A stretch of DNA of 64,000 bases, from assembly GCF_025370785.1 (NCBI RefSeq), contig NZ_JAMXFA010000001.1, positions 43,902-107,901 on the forward strand, read 5' to 3'. A model generated the notes under the pieces. It worked only from the letters and a program-made list of their open reading frames with translations. It searched no databases and had not been told where the DNA came from. This stretch comes from Laspinema olomoucense D3b. GTDB lineage: Bacteria > Cyanobacteriota > Cyanobacteriia > Cyanobacteriales > Laspinemataceae. A program made the translations under genes and the position numbers. Below are positions 60,007 to 64,000 of this stretch, piece by piece. How positions within the stretch are numbered: the first letter of the stretch is position 1; each line of letters opens with the position of its first letter.

Positions 60007-60666
60007 TTAACGATCTCCTTGGTTATCGGAAAGGCTGCTGTTTTTTTTGCGGGAACTGACTAAGGCGATCGGGGTTGCCACGAGAAGGATAGCGATCGCA
60101 ATGCCGACGAACCAACCCATCGGAAATGTGCTTTCGGTTGGGGTAGTTTCTAGGGGTTGTTGGGCGATTTCCAGGGGTTGGGGTGTCGAATCCTCAATCA
60201 GGGATGTACTCTGGGTGGCGACGGGTTGTGGAGTGGCGGCAGTCTCCGGGGATTGGGTTTTGCGAGATTCAGCATAAAGAGACAAACTGCCTTGGGTGAC
60301 GAGATTTTCCCCTACGGATAACCCCTCCATGACTTCAATCAGTTCCCCTTGGGTTGCGCCGGTGGTAACGGGAACAGGTTCATAGAAGTTTTCATATTGG
60401 ACAAAAACGAGTTGCTGATCGTCAGCATTGACTAAGGCGGTGATGGGGATTAAGGTGCTGGCACTACCATCTGCCGCTGGGGCGATCGGGGTAACCACAA
60501 TACCTAACATTTGGTCGGTTTCCGGGTTCACTGCTACCCGTTCAATCCCGCCACTGGATTGGAATTCATCCCCATGTCCCACATGAGATAAAGCTGGTTT
60601 GGGGAAGGAGAAAAGAACCGTTGTGATTAAAACAGCGCGAATTAGATATTGATGTGAGTAACCCAT
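60007..60666 (-). CDS. short periplasmic-adaptor-like protein (C-terminal MFP beta-barrel/MP segment only, His-rich N-terminus, C-terminal TM anchor)
   Basis: A signal peptide is followed by HVGHGDEF. The segment VFVQYENFYEPVPVTTGATQGELIEVMEGLSVGENLVTQG resembles the distal domain of RND adaptors. A Pro/Thr/Gln linker and a TM helix come next. The hairpin and lipoyl domains are absent. Confidence 0.4.
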   Translation of the reverse strand: MGYSHQYLIRAVLITTVLFSFPKPALSHVGHGDEFQSSGGIERVAVNPETDQMLGIVVTPIAPAADGSASTLIPITALVNADDQQLVFVQYENFYEPVPVTTGATQGELIEVMEGLSVGENLVTQGSLSLYAESRKTQSPETAATPQPVATQSTSLIEDSTPQPLEIAQQPLETTPTESTFPMGWFVGIAIAILLVATPIALVSSRKKNSSLSDNQGDR

Positions 60667-60783
60667 GATTCACTCCTGTAGGGGATAACAATCTTCCATA
60701 GTTTGGCAAAGGGTAGATGAAATTGAGATGAAATGGAACTACCTTGGCTAAAATCAAGCCTGTAGTGACTTTCCTAAACACAG

Positions 60784-61485
60784 ATGAGAATTTTGCTGGT
60801 GGAAGATGAGGCGGATTTAGGACAGGCAATTAAGCAGGTGTTAGTGAATGAAAAGTATGTGGTAGATTGGGTTCAAGATGGGTTACAGGCTTGGGATTGT
60901 CTGGAAAGTCAGTGGACGGATTATACAGTGGCGATCGTGGATTGGTTGCTACCGAAGTTATCTGGGGTCGGGTTATGTCAGCGATTGAGATCGCATCAAA
61001 ATCCGTTACCTGTGTTGATGTTAACAGCGTTGGGACAGCCGGAAAATCGGGTGGCGGGACTGGATGCTGGGGCGGATGATTATTTGGTGAAACCGTTTGT
61101 GATGGAAGAATTATTGGCGCGTTTGCGTGCATTACAGCGGCGATCGCCTCAACTTCAACCCCAAACTCTGACGGTGGGTGGATTTACTTTGGATTATGGG
61201 AATAATGCCTTATATTTCGCCTTGACTCAACCGCCTCAACTGATTCCGTTAACGGTGAAAGAATTTCAACTGTTTGCCTATTTGATGCAAAATTGCGATC
61301 GCATTATTTCCGGGAGTAAGATTCGCTATCAACTCTGGGATTTGGATGAAGAACCGATTAGCAATGTAGTAGCGGCACAAATGCGATTATTGCGGCGCAA
61401 GTTATCGACTTATGGTTGTCCTTGTCCCATTGAAACCATTCCAGGTCAAGGATATCGCTTTAATAGTTCTCTTGCAAAATTCTAA
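60784..61485 (+). CDS. OmpR-family response regulator (CopR/CusR-like)
   Basis: A REC domain (MRILLVEDE...D) is followed by a winged-helix domain. Confidence 0.85.
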   Translation: MRILLVEDEADLGQAIKQVLVNEKYVVDWVQDGLQAWDCLESQWTDYTVAIVDWLLPKLSGVGLCQRLRSHQNPLPVLMLTALGQPENRVAGLDAGADDYLVKPFVMEELLARLRALQRRSPQLQPQTLTVGGFTLDYGNNALYFALTQPPQLIPLTVKEFQLFAYLMQNCDRIISGSKIRYQLWDLDEEPISNVVAAQMRLLRRKLSTYGCPCPIETIPGQGYRFNSSLAKF

Positions 61486-61488
61486 AAA

Positions 61489-61523
61489 GCCCCCCTTAAA
61501 ACCGCCAATCGGTTGGGGGGATC
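61489..61523 (+). repeat. partial copy of the TIR/end sequence of the MITE-like element at 63002-63176
   Basis: GCCCCCCTTAAAACCGCCAATCGGTTGGGGGGATC here is close to the reverse complement of 63139-63176, AGCCGATTGGCGTTCTTAAGGGGGGTTGGGGGGATC. Confidence 0.4.
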
Positions 61524-61574
61524 AATCCTTTTTTTTGCAAGAGGTATAATACATCTGTGTAAATCTCTTCGACC

Positions 61575-62984
61575 ATGAATAGTCATCAATTATTTCGCCG
61601 CAGTCGCATCCGTCTTGCTTTTTGGTATGCCGGGGTAATGGCGGTGATTTTGAGTTTGTCCGGTGTGAGTTTGTATCGATCGCTGATTCAGTCAAATTGG
61701 GAAGCAATGGAACGGGAAATGGAGTCAATCGCCGGGACGTTGCATGATAGTTTGGAACCGATGTTACCGCCTTCCGGAGAAGCGACAACGGTTTTAAAGC
61801 GGATTTTGCCGGAACTCTGTGTAGCGGGAGAATCTTGTAATATCAGTCCGACATTAATTGAACGTCATACCATCGGAATTAGCGATCGCAATACTTACTA
61901 TATTCGCCTATTTAATCAGCAAGGAAAACTTCTCGCTTTTTCTCCTAGTCAACCCCTAGGCATTTCCCGAACATTCCATCCTGAACCCTGGCAAACGTTT
62001 CAGAGTCTCCAGGGGATTCGCTATCACCAATTTACGATTATTTTACACAATCACCATCCCAGTGAATCTTCCTCTTTCCATCATTCTCATCCTTCTTGGG
62101 GATACTTACAAATTGGCCGAACGTTAGAAGCCTTTGACGGAGAAGTGCAGCGAATGCAATGGATTTTAGGGATGGGGTTTTCCATTGCATTAGGGTTGGT
62201 GATGATTTCCAGTTGGTGGCTATCAGGATTAGCCATGCAGCCGATTTATCAGTCCTATCAGCAACAGCAACAGTTTACGGCAAATGCTGCCCATGAATTG
62301 CGATCGCCTCTAGCCAGTCTGTTAGCAACAGTAGAGGCTATGTTACGATTACCCCCCGCCCATCAGTCGGAAATTCCCATCATGCTGCAAACGGTGGAAA
62401 GGCAGGGACGGCGGTTGAGTCATTTAATTTCTGATTTACTCTTGTTAACCAGTTTGGAGCAAAATTCATCCCCAATCCCCTTTAAACCTTGCTGTTTAAA
62501 TGATATAATCAATGATTTAACAGAGGAATTTTTAGAGTTAGCCATCGGGGGCGAACTGCATCTCATTAGTCATGTTACCGATGCTCAAATTTATGTTTTA
62601 GGATATGAATCCCAGTTGTATCGATTGGTATCTAATTTAATTGCTAATGCGATTCACTATACACCGATTGGGGGTCAAGTTGTGCTTGAGTTAACGCGAC
62701 GCGATCGCCTTGCCGTAATTACCGTGAAAGATACCGGAATTGGCATTGCATTGGAAGAACAAACCCGAATTTTTGAACGGTTCTATCGTGTGGATAGCGA
62801 TCGCAGCCGTCAAACTGGGGGGACGGGATTGGGTTTAGCCATTGTCCAGGCGATCGCCCAGAAACATCAAGCTAATCTTTCCGTGGAAAGTCAGTTAGGA
62901 TATGGTAGCATTTTTAGGGTGGAATTAGCAATTTCTTCGGTTATAAATGAAGGGGAAAAAGCCGATATCCTAACTCTATTATAG
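61575..62984 (+). CDS. sensor histidine kinase (CusS/CopS-like, periplasmic sensor domain)
   Basis: Two TM helices flank a roughly 170-aa periplasmic domain. The H-box is AAHELRSPLASL. HATPase_c is present (GGTGLGLAIV). Confidence 0.85.
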   Translation: MNSHQLFRRSRIRLAFWYAGVMAVILSLSGVSLYRSLIQSNWEAMEREMESIAGTLHDSLEPMLPPSGEATTVLKRILPELCVAGESCNISPTLIERHTIGISDRNTYYIRLFNQQGKLLAFSPSQPLGISRTFHPEPWQTFQSLQGIRYHQFTIILHNHHPSESSSFHHSHPSWGYLQIGRTLEAFDGEVQRMQWILGMGFSIALGLVMISSWWLSGLAMQPIYQSYQQQQQFTANAAHELRSPLASLLATVEAMLRLPPAHQSEIPIMLQTVERQGRRLSHLISDLLLLTSLEQNSSPIPFKPCCLNDIINDLTEEFLELAIGGELHLISHVTDAQIYVLGYESQLYRLVSNLIANAIHYTPIGGQVVLELTRRDRLAVITVKDTGIGIALEEQTRIFERFYRVDSDRSRQTGGTGLGLAIVQAIAQKHQANLSVESQLGYGSIFRVELAISSVINEGEKADILTLL

Positions 62985-63001
62985 TTGCAAAATCCCGGAG
63001 A

Positions 63002-63176
63002 GATCCCCCCAACCCCCCTTAAGAAGGGGGGCTTTTTAGAACAACCCTGCACCCCCAAGGGTGAGGCTATACGGACACAGCCAGCGGGCGCGGGCTAAAA
63101 CAGAAACCCAACTTTTTCCAACCAGATTTAATCTAAAAAAAGCCGATTGGCGTTCTTAAGGGGGGTTGGGGGGATC
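63002..63176. mobile_element. MITE-like element: perfect 24-bp terminal inverted repeats (GATCCCCCCAACCCCCCTTAAGAA) flanking 127 bp
   Basis: The left repeat is at 63002-63025. The right repeat at 63153-63176 is its exact reverse complement. No ORF lies inside. The left end also forms a local terminator-like hairpin with a U-tract at 63013-63037. Confidence 0.45.
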
Positions 63177-63202
63177 CTCCGGAATAAAAGCAACAATTCT
63201 AT

Positions 63203-64000
63203 TCATCCATCGCGACTTAATGCTGATAAAATTGCCTGCTGACTCACAGTTTGATAAATGCTTGTTAATGACTGCATCACCGCTTGTCCCGTTGCTGCCG
63301 GTTTAATGGGAATTGGTCCTAAAACATCTAACACGGTTTCACTACTGGGCGCAGGGGCAATTACCACTAATCCCGATTCTAACTGGTCATCATACTGCCA
63401 AAATTTTTCGACTTTTAGAGGAGATTTATGCAGTTTTGATTTATGTTCTTTGACTTTAGATTCCCCTAGTTCGACATTCGTATCCGTACCCCGAATCTGT
63501 CGGAGTGAAGCAAGAATTTGGGCTTGAGTGCGTCCCCGTAATTGAAATAATACAAACGGGTCATCACTAAAGCGATCGCCTAACAAGTAATACACTGCTG
63601 CAATATGTTTACAGGGATTAGCTTTATCCGGACAGCTACAGCGGGAATTGACTTGTTCTAGGGTAAATGGAAACAATCTCACCCCATTGGCAGCAAACAC
63701 TTCTTCGATATTTTGTGGCATTTCCCCCGCTAGAAGTTTAGCGGAAAAAATTGCCCGTTCTGCCATCGTTTGAATGACATAGGTCCAATCTTCATCGGTT
63801 AATGGATCTAACCAGAGAGAAACTTTGTAGGGTTCTGGGTCCGTTCCTTGGACTTGTGCTAATACCTTTTGTCCTTCAAAATCGATACTTAAAACATTTC
63901 CCTCTCTCGCATAAACTCTAGCCCGTTCTAACCGCTTTTTAAAGCGATAGGAATTAAGTAAGTCTAGCCATTGTTGTGTCCACCATTCTTTGTCTTGGGT
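63203..64000 (-). CDS. SWIM zinc-finger protein; 5'-partial, continuing past the window end
   Basis: CSCPDKANPCKHIAAVYYLL matches CxCxnCxH. The minus-strand frame stays open from 63766 to nt 64000. Confidence 0.55.
   Translation of the reverse strand, partial: TQDKEWWTQQWLDLLNSYRFKKRLERARVYAREGNVLSIDFEGQKVLAQVQGTDPEPYKVSLWLDPLTDEDWTYVIQTMAERAIFSAKLLAGEMPQNIEEVFAANGVRLFPFTLEQVNSRCSCPDKANPCKHIAAVYYLLGDRFSDDPFVLFQLRGRTQAQILASLRQIRGTDTNVELGESKVKEHKSKLHKSPLKVEKFWQYDDQLESGLVVIAPAPSSETVLDVLGPIPIKPAATGQAVMQSLTSIYQTVSQQAILSALSRDG

Noticed and set aside
1-64000. CRISPR arrays, rRNA genes, integrase or transposase genes
   Set aside because: No regularly spaced direct repeats and no recognisable transposase or integrase ORFs were found. 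The RT insert has no adjacent recombinase in this window.

Overview
This window is a cyanobacterial chromosomal segment. The octamer GCGATCGC (HIP1) is scattered through almost all of it, and it carries the photosystem II genes psbD and psbC.

Conserved core genes, in map order:
- A calpain-like cysteine protease domain gene, 5'-partial at the window edge.
- A parvulin-type peptidyl-prolyl isomerase gene and a PEP-CTERM secreted protein.
- A DUF928 protein, a transglutaminase-like protein and a voltage-gated K+ channel.
- A multi-PAS sensor histidine kinase, a PAS/GAF-GGDEF-EAL protein and a CHAT-domain protein.
- A GHMP sugar kinase next to a UDP-glucose-pyrophosphorylase-like nucleotidyltransferase.
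- A YciI-like protein, two paralogous AAA-like (STAND-type) NTPase genes, an NfeD/SPFH pair and an orphan PstS-like phosphate-binding protein.
- A phylloquinone (men) locus: DHNA-CoA thioesterase-like, menE, menC, menH-like, menA, an embedded cytochrome P450, menF and menD.
- A class V aminotransferase, tRNA-Asn(GUU), an NYN nuclease and an ECF/ABC ATPase.
- psbD and psbC, separated by a 111-nt spacer rather than overlapping.
- A heavy-metal-type RND permease with a truncated adaptor-like gene and a divergent OmpR/histidine-kinase two-component pair.
- A SWIM zinc-finger protein, 5'-partial at the window end.

Accessory content:
- Near 3.3-4.1 kb a toxin-antitoxin cassette is flanked by roughly 30-nt direct repeats, and its MazF-like toxin gene carries an in-frame TGA.
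- At 4.3-7.7 kb a membrane M50 metalloprotease with three N-terminal PqqD/RRE-like repeats is paired with an HlyD-type adaptor.
- At 24.0-26.8 kb an XRE-HTH/ImmA-IrrE metallopeptidase regulator with an overlapping PIN-like gene sits beside a DUF1848 protein. A 13-mer, AAAAAATCAACTT, recurs at that island's promoters.
- At about 26.85-30.06 kb lies an AT-rich, HIP1-free insert. It encodes a roughly 1,000-aa reverse transcriptase split by a frameshift at an A6 run. The protein has an N-terminal Rossmann/SAM-methyltransferase-like motif, RT motifs 1-7 and a C-terminal alpha-helical repeat domain. This is the best candidate for an undescribed, probably defence-related RT system.
- Several short dispersed repeat families and a MITE-like element with perfect 24-bp terminal inverted repeats are also present.

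No CRISPR array or rRNA gene is present.
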